From Chloroflexota bacterium (GTDB lineage: Bacteria > Chloroflexota > UBA11872 > VXNJ01), in assembly GCA_965261345.1 (NCBI GenBank), contig OZ253449.1:736001-800000 (forward strand): a stretch of 64,000 nucleotides of DNA, read 5' to 3'. The notes beneath the pieces were generated by a model, which saw nothing but the letters and a program-made list of their open reading frames with translations, did no database searches and was not told the DNA's origin. Shown here in pieces: positions 38,909 to 48,002 of the stretch. Within the stretch, counting starts at the first letter, position 1. The number at the start of each line of letters is the position of its first letter. A program made the position numbers and the translations under genes.

Positions 38909-39883
38909 CTAATCTTGCACCCTCGCCAACCGCAATTCGTGAGCGCCGTCGGAGCGACCCAGTTCGTAGAAGTAAAGCAATTCATCACCGTAGCGCACGC
39001 ACTCGAGATAGCGCAGGCATCCGGTGCCGAACGGGCTCTCAAGAATCGGTTCGGCCACGGTGTGCTTGATCACGTTCACGAGATCAAGTGACGAGCAGAC
39101 GCCGGTCTTGTCCTCGTAGACATCGCCATCGGTTACCCGTCCGTCATAAAAGATCACGAACCCCTGTTCGTGCATTACCACCGACGAGATTCTGGCAACG
39201 TTGCGGTCCCATCCGTTGCCGGGCAACGTAATGTCGCGCTGAAAGGTAAAGTTCCGCCCACAGGGCGAAGTCCAAAGTCCGGTTGGGTGCAGCACCAACC
39301 CGGTCGTAAACACGTTTTGCGAAGAATGCAGGTCTTCGTAGGAAGATCCCGGCACGACCGATTCGCGCGGTGCGTAGGGCACGAACATGTACGTTAATCC
39401 GCCGATGAATAGCACGACCGGGTCCTTGACTCCTTCCGAAAGCGTCAAGGCCGAGTCAAGCACCCGGATCCGCCGCGCCGGGTCAAACTCCCTGGGGTCG
39501 TCGGCTTCCAATACGTCTATCGCCCAGCGCCGGTCGGAATCCACATAGGAGACGTAATAGCGCCAGGGCCCATCGGGGGCACGTACCAATGCGCTGCGCT
39601 CGATTGACGAAGTGTCAAAGTCTCCGGCGAAACAGGCCCAGATTTCCTGAAATTCGTCACCACCGTCCGAGAGGCTTATGGACGATTTCCAGCCCCTTCC
39701 GGCTCCGAGCGGGCGGCGGTGGCGGGCGCTGAGAAAAATCTGATCCCCCTCGACCCAGGCGCTGGGAGCACCCACCCAATACCCGTTGGCCGACTCTTCC
39801 GGCCGTTTTATTACCACTCCCTGGGCGGGATTAAAAAGCGGCAGCGAGCCAATCGTCTTTACACCGGTGGGCACTTGCGACAT
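38909..39883 (-). CDS. Hypothetical protein, probable five-bladed beta-propeller glycoside hydrolase-like fold
   Basis: Beta-rich repeats with WVGAPSA, SIERSAL, GVKDPVV, CLRY. Confidence 0.55.
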   Translation of the reverse strand: MSQVPTGVKTIGSLPLFNPAQGVVIKRPEESANGYWVGAPSAWVEGDQIFLSARHRRPLGAGRGWKSSISLSDGGDEFQEIWACFAGDFDTSSIERSALVRAPDGPWRYYVSYVDSDRRWAIDVLEADDPREFDPARRIRVLDSALTLSEGVKDPVVLFIGGLTYMFVPYAPRESVVPGSSYEDLHSSQNVFTTGLVLHPTGLWTSPCGRNFTFQRDITLPGNGWDRNVARISSVVMHEQGFVIFYDGRVTDGDVYEDKTGVCSSLDLVNVIKHTVAEPILESPFGTGCLRYLECVRYGDELLYFYELGRSDGAHELRLARVQD

Positions 39884-40122
39884 CGTCCTTTTGATTGGGT
39901 GGTTGCGATCGCTGCCGACAGGGCGAAATCTGCGATTGGCGGCCGGCCTGCACTGAAATTAATCAGATTCGGTAATTGACGCCCGACAAATTTACCGCCT
40001 GCAAGGCCAAATTGAAAGTTGCGGGTCGGATCGATCGTCGCTTTTTCTCCCTTGGCCGGCTCCGGACCGGATCGGCACCCGCCGAAACCGGTTAGCGAGC
40101 CGCCCTTGGAACGGCAGTCGCC

Positions 40123-40820
40123 TCAATCGCTAAGCCTAAGCGGGCGGAAGCGCCACTTCGCAATCAGCAGAAAGGCGCCGCTGGATAGGATCAACGCCGG
40201 CAAATTCGTTGGCACCAGATCAAATTCGCCGCCGAACTGCATCGGGCGATTGATTGCAATCGTGGCCCAGCCATGCAGAGTAATGAGCGCGAGCGTTTGC
40301 ATCCCGGTGGGACCAATGAACAAGAGTCAGCGGCAATCCCCGAACGCCGCCGCCAGCAACACAACCAAATTCGGCACCGGGTTGGCCGCACTTACGGTGC
40401 GTACCCAGGTCGACAGCATGATCCCGCACGCCGCCAAACGAATAGGTACCGCGACCGCCACCCCGGCGGCCGATGTTGCCCTAAGTTCAGTCCCGAACAC
40501 CAGTTCTCAAACTCCCCCAACAACACGAACGGATGCAGGATCAGACCGCTGGCGGAGAGGTATTTGCCGACCATGGCCGAGCGTGTGGGGCACCGGCGAC
40601 GACTATCGGGGACAACAATCCGGATGAGTAGTCAGGAGTGGTCCCGACCGCCACGAACGAGGCTCCCAAAAAAGGAACACGCCAAGTACCCGGCTATCGT
40701 AATTTCGGCCGCCGAAGAGCTGCTCGACCGCCTCGACCGATACCAGGATTGACTTTTGGCGTGCGAGCAACCGGTCTGCCCAGCGTTGCGGGTCGGTTGG
40801 AGGCCGCAGGCGAACAATCA
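40123..40820 (-). pseudogene. Decayed ABC-2 type transporter permease
   Basis: Fragments IAGYLACSFFGS*, MVGKYL..., frameshift, GIMLSTWVRT..ANPVPNLVVLLAAAFGDCR*LLFIGPTGMQTLALITLHGWA...AFLLIAKWRFR follow the ABC-2 permease pattern, with two in-frame stops and a frameshift. The 5' boundary is approximate. Confidence 0.6.
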
Positions 40821-40941
40821 GCCAGGCAGCGCCGGGCTCGGTTCAGCCCTGGTCAGGTTCGCTAGCAAAAGCGACCCAGGCCGAAATTTCCTCGGCCGGA
40901 GCCGTCGCCAATGGCCTACAACCCGATAGCTGGCCGATCGT

Positions 40942-41889
40942 TTAGTAGCCGGCGCCCAGGTCCACCACGTTGCGCAGTGGTCGCGATTCCTGGTAGCGGG
41001 CGATGTTGTCAATAAAAAGATCGGCCAGCCGGCTGTCGCGGGCGGGCGAGGCCCCGCCGATGTGGGGGGTTATGAGCACGTCCTCGCGCCGCCAGAGCGG
41101 ATCGTTTTGGACCAGCGGTTCCTCATCGACGACGTCCAGTCCGGCTCCCCAGAGCCGGCCAGAATCGAGCGCTGCGATCAGATCTGGAGTCCGGGTCAAC
41201 CCACCCCGCGAAACGCTGATGAAGATCGAGTCCGGCTTCATCTGGGCAAAGGTCTGAGCGTTGAACATGTGATGCGTCGCCGGCGTGTCAGGTGCGCAAA
41301 CGATCACCACATCGGACTTGGAAAGGAGCCAACCCAGCTCTGTCGGGGGCCGAACCTCGCTTACGAATTCGCAGTCGATTGCAGTATTGACATCGACGCC
41401 AATTACTTCCATCTCAAATCCGCTTAGCCGTCGCGCCACCTCGACCCCAATGCCACCCACGGCAATCAGGCCGGCGGTCTTGCCAACCAATTCGTAGGTG
41501 TCACGGTGGACACCCGACCAATGGTGGGCCACTTGGTCGCGGACCGCCCAGTTGACCCGGCGGGCCACTCCCAACAGGAGTGCCAGGGCGGTATCGGCAA
41601 CCGGGATGGCATGGATTCCGGCTGCGTTGGTCAGGGTTATTCCACGGTCGCGCAACTCGTCCAGCGCCAAGCGTTCCACCCCGGCCCCACCGGTCTGGAT
41701 CCACTTTGCCGCGCCGCAGGTTGCCAGCCCGCCGGGTCGCCGGAAGGGCTCGAACAACACTTCAGCGTCCGGGGCGGCGGCCGCAAATTCGGCGTCGGTC
41801 TCAGCGAAAACGATATCAACGTCAGGGTGGGCCGCCCGCACGCGGTCAATTGATTCGGAAATCTGCGGGCTGGCAATTACAAGTTTCAT
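40942..41889 (-). CDS. D-2-hydroxyacid dehydrogenase family protein
   Basis: LTNAAG, VGGIG, SVSRGG, LDVVDEEPL, ITPHIGG. Confidence 0.9.
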   Translation of the reverse strand: MKLVIASPQISESIDRVRAAHPDVDIVFAETDAEFAAAAPDAEVLFEPFRRPGGLATCGAAKWIQTGGAGVERLALDELRDRGITLTNAAGIHAIPVADTALALLLGVARRVNWAVRDQVAHHWSGVHRDTYELVGKTAGLIAVGGIGVEVARRLSGFEMEVIGVDVNTAIDCEFVSEVRPPTELGWLLSKSDVVIVCAPDTPATHHMFNAQTFAQMKPDSIFISVSRGGLTRTPDLIAALDSGRLWGAGLDVVDEEPLVQNDPLWRREDVLITPHIGGASPARDSRLADLFIDNIARYQESRPLRNVVDLGAGY

Positions 41890-41920
41890 ATTTTGAGGCT
41901 TTCAGGACGGTTGCAACTGT

Positions 41921-41943
41921 AACCGGCGGTGCACTGCCGGTTT
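41921..41943. terminator. Hairpin downstream of the 41966-42466 lipoprotein gene
   Basis: AACCGGCGGTGCACTGCCGGTT inverted repeat. Confidence 0.45.
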
Positions 41944-41965
41944 AAGACGAATAGTGGAAAGCGGG

Positions 41966-42466
41966 TTAGAAGTTCACGTCGCCGGGGACGTAAATGGTCA
42001 CACCGTCACCGATTGAGTCAAGGACCCAAATTTTGCTGCCGCGGTCGCCAATGAACAGGGTGCCCAGATAGGTCTCGGCGGTCGACCCGTCAGCATAGCG
42101 AAATTCGACCAGGACCCGGCCCTTGCTCTTGTTGCGCTCGACCGCAACGATTCCGTAGTCGGTCAGGTCGTTACCCGTATAGGCTTCGACCGACAGGTAG
42201 GCGATCAGATCCCCGTCCTCGGTGTCGCGGACGTAGGTCAGCATGGCCTTGGTGGAAAGGATGTCCACGGCAGTTGGCGAATCGATACCCTCGGACGTGA
42301 TGCCATCCATGAAGGCGGAAGCCATCGCCTCCAGGCGGACAAGTTCCTCGGCCTCGCGCACTTCGGTCTGGTTCTGCGTCTCGCAGGCGACAAGCGCAAA
42401 GCTCGCCAAGGCTATCGCCACGATCAGGGCGAAGGGTTGCAAAAATCGAAATCTGGGGCGCGGCAA
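41966..42466 (-). CDS. Hypothetical lipoprotein
   Basis: Signal peptide ending LVA-C; acidic mature domain. Confidence 0.7.
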   Translation of the reverse strand: MPRPRFRFLQPFALIVAIALASFALVACETQNQTEVREAEELVRLEAMASAFMDGITSEGIDSPTAVDILSTKAMLTYVRDTEDGDLIAYLSVEAYTGNDLTDYGIVAVERNKSKGRVLVEFRYADGSTAETYLGTLFIGDRGSKIWVLDSIGDGVTIYVPGDVNF

Positions 42467-42574
42467 AGAAGGGACTCGCTTGCGGAGGGGTCAAGTTGAA
42501 GCGGTGCTAACGGGCAGAATTTACGATGGCCGCTAGGTGTTAGTTAATGATATTGCAACACTTGCGCCTGGGGT

Positions 42575-43120
42575 TCAGTTCGAATCGATGGACAAGACCG
42601 CGCGCGCCAGGGCCGGGCGGTCGGCGGCCAGGAACAGTTGCTGGCCGGCCAGCCCCACCGAGAGCAGTTGGTCGAATTGAACGTCATCGTGGCATACGAC
42701 AAAGTCCGCCCGCCGGGCGGCGCCGAGCCAGCCCGGCCCGGCCGGCTGGCCGACCGGCAATTCGAGTGCGTACCGGAGACGGCGGCGGGAGGCGAGCTTT
42801 CGCAGCCATCTCCATACAGCCAAATTGGACGCGTAGATCAATTGACGACCGGGCAGCCTGGCACAGTACAGGAATGCATTGACGGCGAATCCGTGGCAAC
42901 GCGAACCGGCCGACCAGCCGGGCGCCGGCAGTCCCACCATTCCAAACGTGGCCGTCACCCCCAGCTGGGCAAACGGGCTCGGGCCGCCGCCAGAGCGGGC
43001 CAGGTCCGCGCGCGGATAGAGCACTCGAGTTTGTTCGATTCCCATCGCCAGGTCCCGGGCGGCCAGGCCTGCCGTCCGCATCCAGGCCCGCCGGCGTCCG
43101 TCGGGGGCAGTCGCCACCAC
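42575..43120 (-). CDS. Hypothetical protein weakly resembling an isolated N-terminal domain of a GT4 glycosyltransferase
   Basis: RVLYPR, YALELP, ADFVVCHD..LLSVGL..QLFLAAD pattern; co-oriented with the upstream operon; start uncertain. Confidence 0.4.
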   Translation of the reverse strand: MVATAPDGRRRAWMRTAGLAARDLAMGIEQTRVLYPRADLARSGGGPSPFAQLGVTATFGMVGLPAPGWSAGSRCHGFAVNAFLYCARLPGRQLIYASNLAVWRWLRKLASRRRLRYALELPVGQPAGPGWLGAARRADFVVCHDDVQFDQLLSVGLAGQQLFLAADRPALARAVLSIDSN

Positions 43121-43147
43121 CGTAACCTGCCACGGGTTGCGGGACAG

Positions 43148-44470
43148 TTAACGCCTCCGGTAGGCGCGCAGATTAACCAGCCCCAATAGGGCCAATACCG
43201 TGCCGGTAACGGTCAATAGCCCGGTTGCGACCGCCAATCCGGCTGCGACCAGGCGCTCGCCGGTCGTAAAGTGCTGCTGCAGCCGCAGCTCCAGCTGCAC
43301 CAAGCCATTTTCGGCGCCGCGCAGCGCGATCATGCCGCGGCCCGGATCGGCGCCCGAGAAATCTAGATCAAACGTTGCCGGAGACTGCGATTGCGAGGCG
43401 CGGCTGAAGGTGAACAGCTGCGGGCCGCCGGCAACCAGGCTGTCGGAGCTTACCTCCACGCTACCCGTACCGGAGAGGGCATATAGCCTAGCCCCGAGGA
43501 TCTCTGGTCCCAGCGGAACCGTCAGGTTGGCTTCCGGACGGTTTGCATCCAAGGTTATGAACGTCCGATCATCGGTCGGAAATCGATCCACGCCGGGGTC
43601 TGAGAGGAAGGCCCGCAGCAGCAGGCAGGCCAAAAAAATCACCAGCACTGGTCGGCCCAGCGCCGAATTGGCGTCGGCGGTCTGCTCGAGCCAGGCCGGC
43701 ATCAGGCGGGCGGTGTCGCGGGCCACCACCGAGATGTCCGGACGGCCGACAAATTCGGGCTCCGGCCGCCGCGGGCGCCCGCGCAGCCGTCCGGCCGCCA
43801 GGCGGGTGTCCCGCACCCGCCGATGGTATCCGGTCATATCCAAATTCCGGGGACTGTCCGCCGGGTCGTCTGGTCGCGATGCTCGGCCAAAGCGCAGCCA
43901 GGTCCGCAACCACCAGGGAATCGCCGCCAGCAGCAGTATCAGCACCGCCGCGCTGGCGATCGCCCAGGCTTGATCCTGCCGACCTATTACGGTTGCGAAA
44001 TCGCTCAGCGGATTCGGATTTGCGGTCGTCCCCCAATCGGAAGCGATTCCAATACGTTCCCCGCTAGCCCACAACAACGCGGCCGAGAGCAGGCCGGCCG
44101 CCGGCAGTGCATAGGCGATCAGCACGGCCACCTCCGGAAGTTGCCGCGAAAAGCTGCGAATGGCCGGGATCGCCACCAGGGCACCGGCAAGGGCGGTGAT
44201 AGCCACCGGTAATCCCTGGCCCAAAAGGGTGCCCAGCGGGGCATCCTGGCCCAGGCCGGTTACCAGCGCCCAGACCAGCAGCACGACTCCCGCATAGCCC
44301 GCCGCGACGGTGGCGGTGGCGGCGGCCCCACCGCGAAGCACTGCGAGTCGCAGCGGTTGTCCGCCAAGCTCGGCGAGCGCGTCGGCATCGATCCGCAGCA
44401 AAAATGCGATCGCTCCACCCGGCCGTTCCAGGGCTTCTATCGCTCCTTGCGCCACCACGAGCTGTGGCAA
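43148..44470 (-). CDS. Hypothetical multi-pass membrane protein with an extracytoplasmic beta domain
   Basis: About six hydrophobic segments; long ORF overlapping the upstream gene. Confidence 0.6.
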   Translation of the reverse strand: MPQLVVAQGAIEALERPGGAIAFLLRIDADALAELGGQPLRLAVLRGGAAATATVAAGYAGVVLLVWALVTGLGQDAPLGTLLGQGLPVAITALAGALVAIPAIRSFSRQLPEVAVLIAYALPAAGLLSAALLWASGERIGIASDWGTTANPNPLSDFATVIGRQDQAWAIASAAVLILLLAAIPWWLRTWLRFGRASRPDDPADSPRNLDMTGYHRRVRDTRLAAGRLRGRPRRPEPEFVGRPDISVVARDTARLMPAWLEQTADANSALGRPVLVIFLACLLLRAFLSDPGVDRFPTDDRTFITLDANRPEANLTVPLGPEILGARLYALSGTGSVEVSSDSLVAGGPQLFTFSRASQSQSPATFDLDFSGADPGRGMIALRGAENGLVQLELRLQQHFTTGERLVAAGLAVATGLLTVTGTVLALLGLVNLRAYRRR

Positions 44471-44793
44471 AAGGGGTCGACGTGCTCGGGGTCGCTGTCC
44501 CGCACAAATCCCGCAAATTCAAGGCGCTGGTCGTTGCGCAATGCCACTGAAATTACTTGACCATGCAGGGCCATCAGGCCCAGGTCGGGGTCGTCGCCCA
44601 AAGTTTTGAGGGCAGCTTTGTAGGCTTCGGCGCGTCCACCGTCGGAGATTAGTACCGCGATGAAGCGGCGGGTTGAGAACTGGCAGACCGGCAAGCTGGA
44701 AATCAAGTCCACGATCAGCGGCTCCAAAATAACGCGGGCTTCGGAAACATCGGGCTCCATAAACCCTTGCGGGCCCAGGGGGTCGGCATGCAT
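44437..44793 (-). CDS. Hypothetical protein
   Basis: Starts 4 nt after the ctpA stop; globular-looking composition (FSTRRFI, ALHGQVI, SSWWRK). Confidence 0.6.
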   Translation of the reverse strand: MHADPLGPQGFMEPDVSEARVILEPLIVDLISSLPVCQFSTRRFIAVLISDGGRAEAYKAALKTLGDDPDLGLMALHGQVISVALRNDQRLEFAGFVRDSDPEHVDPFCHSSWWRKER

Positions 44794-44797
44794 GTTC

Positions 44798-46096
44798 CTA
44801 GGTTGCCTCCGACAATATCAGGCAGCAGGTGGGATCGTTGCGCAACAGTTCAAGGGCAGCTTGCAGATAAATATCGTCGCTGCTATGGTCGCTCGGACCG
44901 ATCGCATCCGCCAACTCCACGCCGGGTTCGAGTCCGCTGCCGTCGAGCCCAACTCCGGCGGCAGTCAACCATTTTCCAACTGTGACCTTGATCAACGACT
45001 GATCGGATAGATCAAAGGCAACTTGCACCGAACCCTTGCCAAAAGTCTTCGTACCCACCAGTGTCGCCCGCGAATTGTCAACCAGTGCGGCTGCCAACAC
45101 CTCGGCCGCCGAGGCCGTGTTGGCGTCAACTAGGACCGCCAGCGGCGTCGCCAGGGCAATACCGTCACTGCCAGTGCGGTGCCGGATGCTGGGACCCAAC
45201 CTCTGAGTTTGGATCGCCACGGTTGAACCGTCGGGCAAGAAATGCGACGAGGCGCCCAGCGCCGCATCCAGAAAGCCGCCGCCGTTGCCCCGCAGATCGA
45301 GCACCAGTCCGTCAAGATCTTGCTCCTGCAGCCGCACAATTTCATTCCCCAACTCGGTCGCGGTGCGATATCCGAACCGGGTCAGTTCGATGATCCCGTA
45401 ACGGTCCACCACCTTACCCCAAACGGTCGGCGGAATGATTTCATCGCGCACGATCGCCACCCGCAATTGCTCATTGGTGTCGGCGCGGTAGACGTCCAGT
45501 TCCACCGAGCTGCCGGACTCACCTCGAATCAGCTCCAACCCTTTGACCAGTGCGTCCCCGGAGAGTTCGACGCCATTGACCTGCACAATCCGGTCGCCGG
45601 GTGCCAGCCCGGCCCGTTCGGCCGGCGAATCGGGTATGACGCGCTTTACGAAGACCGCGCCGCTGGAGTCAACCGCCAGGCTCACCCCGATGCCCGTAAA
45701 CCGGCCGGCCATCCAATCGCGGTGATCACCGGCCTGGTCCGGGGCCAAATAGTACGTGTTGGCGTCCTCGGCGGCCTCCACCATGCCGGCTATTGCCCCG
45801 CGCATGAGCTGTTGTTGGTCCAGCGGGCCGACATAAAAATTCTCTTGCAGCGTTTTCCATGCCTGCCAAAAAACTCCGATTTCGCCCTCGATGGTGGAGA
45901 CCCGACCGGGGTTCGGAATACCATCGCGAAACGGTGTTGGCAAGCTTGACCGTCCCAGCCAGACCCCTAAAACAAGGCACACCGCACCCAGCAATAGCGC
46001 CACAGCCAGCGGCAGCGGTCGGGCCAACGCGGCGGTGACCCGCCGGGGTGCCGGCAAGCGTGAAGGCCTTTCGCCTAAAACCCGAATTCGATCCAA
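44798..46096 (-). CDS. ctpA: S41 family C-terminal processing protease
   Basis: N-terminal TM helix, PDZ (FTGIGV, SPAERAGL), LDLRGNGGG, TASAAE, TFGKGSVQ. Confidence 0.93.
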   Translation of the reverse strand: MDRIRVLGERPSRLPAPRRVTAALARPLPLAVALLLGAVCLVLGVWLGRSSLPTPFRDGIPNPGRVSTIEGEIGVFWQAWKTLQENFYVGPLDQQQLMRGAIAGMVEAAEDANTYYLAPDQAGDHRDWMAGRFTGIGVSLAVDSSGAVFVKRVIPDSPAERAGLAPGDRIVQVNGVELSGDALVKGLELIRGESGSSVELDVYRADTNEQLRVAIVRDEIIPPTVWGKVVDRYGIIELTRFGYRTATELGNEIVRLQEQDLDGLVLDLRGNGGGFLDAALGASSHFLPDGSTVAIQTQRLGPSIRHRTGSDGIALATPLAVLVDANTASAAEVLAAALVDNSRATLVGTKTFGKGSVQVAFDLSDQSLIKVTVGKWLTAAGVGLDGSGLEPGVELADAIGPSDHSSDDIYLQAALELLRNDPTCCLILSEAT

Positions 46097-47328
46097 TCGC
46101 GCGGGTTTACCTGGACACCATGGCGTCGCACCTCAAAGTGGAGGTGGGGACCGGTGGTCCAACCGGTAAGTCCGACGTAGCCGATGGTGTCGCCGATCCC
46201 CACCGTTTGCCCAACCCTAACCGGCGGCGGATGGGTTGTATCACCCAGATGGGCATAAAGAGTCTCTTCGGAGGTGCTGTGCGCAATGATGACTGTCATC
46301 CCATAGGAGGCCCAGCGGTTGCCGGGGATGGCGTAACCGGACTTGAGCACCAGACCGCTCGAGGATGCCACCACCGGGGTGGCCAACGGGGCGGCGATAT
46401 CCATTCCCAGATGCGGACATTGGCCGTAGGTGCACCCGCCGTATTCGGTAGTTACTATTCCATAGAGCGGTGCGAAGAAGGCGCCGCCAAACAACCCGGC
46501 GGCGCGCCGCCGAGCTTCGGCCAATTCGCGTTCGCGCTCGATCCGGGCCAATTCGTCCTCAATGGCCCCTTTCAGGTAATCGATCTGCAAGTTCAGAGCG
46601 GTCTGTTCGGCGCCAAACGCGCTCACGTCGGCCTCGTATCCAACCTGCTGGCGTTTTACTTCTTCGACTCGCTGGCGGTGTTCTTCCCAACGGCGGTCGA
46701 GGGCGACCTGCACCTCGGCCTTTTGGTCGCGTAATTGGGCCAAACTATCCTGCTGGTCGGTTAGAAGGTCATAGCGCAACCTGATCTCCTCGCGCTTTCC
46801 CAGCAGCCGGGTGATCTCGTCCTGATCCTGGCGCAGCACCGACTCGAGCGCGGCGACCTTGTCCAACCCCTCGGTGAGGGAGTCAGAGGAAAGGATTAGG
46901 GTTAGCGGGCTGGTACCGCGCGAGGCCTTGTAGATCGCCCGTATGCGGCCCGCCACCGAACGTCGGATAAGTTCGAATTCGGATTCAAGATCGCCGATCT
47001 CACGCCGGGTTCGCTCTGCCTCCAGCGCCCCTACGTCCATTTCTTGATCGATCGCCTGCGAGCGCGCCAGTTCCCGAAAGCGCGCCTGGTCGGTAACTCG
47101 CAGCTGCACCTGGAGCGCCGAAGACCGGGCGGCGGTGGCCGCCCGCAAGGCGTCGGAAGCCGAGAGCGATTGTCCGGAAGCTTCCAATTCCTGCTGGGCG
47201 TTGTCCAGTTTGCTCTGCAAGCTGCCAAGCTCGTCGGCGTTTGAAGCGGAAGGCAGTAGGCCAGTCACCGCCCCCAGGCCGGTCAGGACCGTGCCCCGCA
47301 GGAGCAGGCGGCGCGAAAGCCTACGCAT
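46075..47328 (-). CDS. Coiled-coil plus M23 (LytM) peptidoglycan endopeptidase, EnvC/CwlO-like, with twin-arginine-like signal
   Basis: MRRLSRRLLLRG signal, long coiled coil with IRAIYK..LTLILSSDSL, HLGMD, YAHL, TGPHLHFE. Confidence 0.88.
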   Translation of the reverse strand: MRRLSRRLLLRGTVLTGLGAVTGLLPSASNADELGSLQSKLDNAQQELEASGQSLSASDALRAATAARSSALQVQLRVTDQARFRELARSQAIDQEMDVGALEAERTRREIGDLESEFELIRRSVAGRIRAIYKASRGTSPLTLILSSDSLTEGLDKVAALESVLRQDQDEITRLLGKREEIRLRYDLLTDQQDSLAQLRDQKAEVQVALDRRWEEHRQRVEEVKRQQVGYEADVSAFGAEQTALNLQIDYLKGAIEDELARIERERELAEARRRAAGLFGGAFFAPLYGIVTTEYGGCTYGQCPHLGMDIAAPLATPVVASSSGLVLKSGYAIPGNRWASYGMTVIIAHSTSEETLYAHLGDTTHPPPVRVGQTVGIGDTIGYVGLTGWTTGPHLHFEVRRHGVQVNPRDWIEFGF

Positions 47329-48001
47329 CGAACTTGCCCGCCGGAACGTCGGATGCAATCCGTCCGTCGACCAGCGTAACGACCCTCCGCAGCAAGCGGT
47401 CCACGGCGGCCGAGTCATGGGTTGCTACCAGCGCCGTGATCCCGTCGCTGGTAGCCTGCAGCAGCAGGTCCATAACCGCATGCGAGGCTTCAGGGCTGAG
47501 TGCTTCGGTCGGTTCGTCGGCAATTAGCACGTCTGGGTCGTTGACTAAGGCTTTGGCGATGGCGATGCGCTGCTGCTGGCCGCCCGACATTTCGCCCACC
47601 GCGACATTGGCCTGATCGGCCATCCCGACCCGGTCCAGGGTTGACTGGACGCGATCGCGCAGGCGCTTGCCGCCCTCGCCGGAAACTTGCAGCGGCAGTG
47701 CCACGTTAGCAAATGCGCTGCGGTCGAGAAATAGCCGGTTTTCCTGAGGAATGATTCCCAAGCGCCGCCGCAGGCGCGAGCGTTCGGCCGATCGAAGGCG
47801 GTTGACGCGCGCCGACCCGATTATTAGGCTGCCGTCGGTCGGCTCCTCTTGCAGGGTGGCAATTTTGAGCAGCGTCGACTTGCCGGCCCCATTGGCGCCA
47901 ATTACAAAAACGAATTCGTTGCGCGCGACCGCCAGGTTGACGTCCTTTAGAGCCAGGCGGTTGCGCCCATAAGCCTTGGTTACGTGGTTGAAAATGATCA
48001 C
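47321..48001 (-). CDS. ftsE: Second FtsE-like ABC ATPase (divergent paralog)
   Basis: EFVFVIGANGAGKST, EEPTDG, LRRRLG, MSGGQQQR, ADEPTEALS, ATHD. Confidence 0.8.
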   Translation of the reverse strand: MIIFNHVTKAYGRNRLALKDVNLAVARNEFVFVIGANGAGKSTLLKIATLQEEPTDGSLIIGSARVNRLRSAERSRLRRRLGIIPQENRLFLDRSAFANVALPLQVSGEGGKRLRDRVQSTLDRVGMADQANVAVGEMSGGQQQRIAIAKALVNDPDVLIADEPTEALSPEASHAVMDLLLQATSDGITALVATHDSAAVDRLLRRVVTLVDGRIASDVPAGKFDA

Positions 48002-48002
48002 T

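Noticed and set aside
40327-40635. In-frame TGA codons as selenocysteine or code-4 readthrough
   Set aside because: The same region also has a frameshift, many intact genes end in TGA, and RF2 is present; decay is the simpler explanation.
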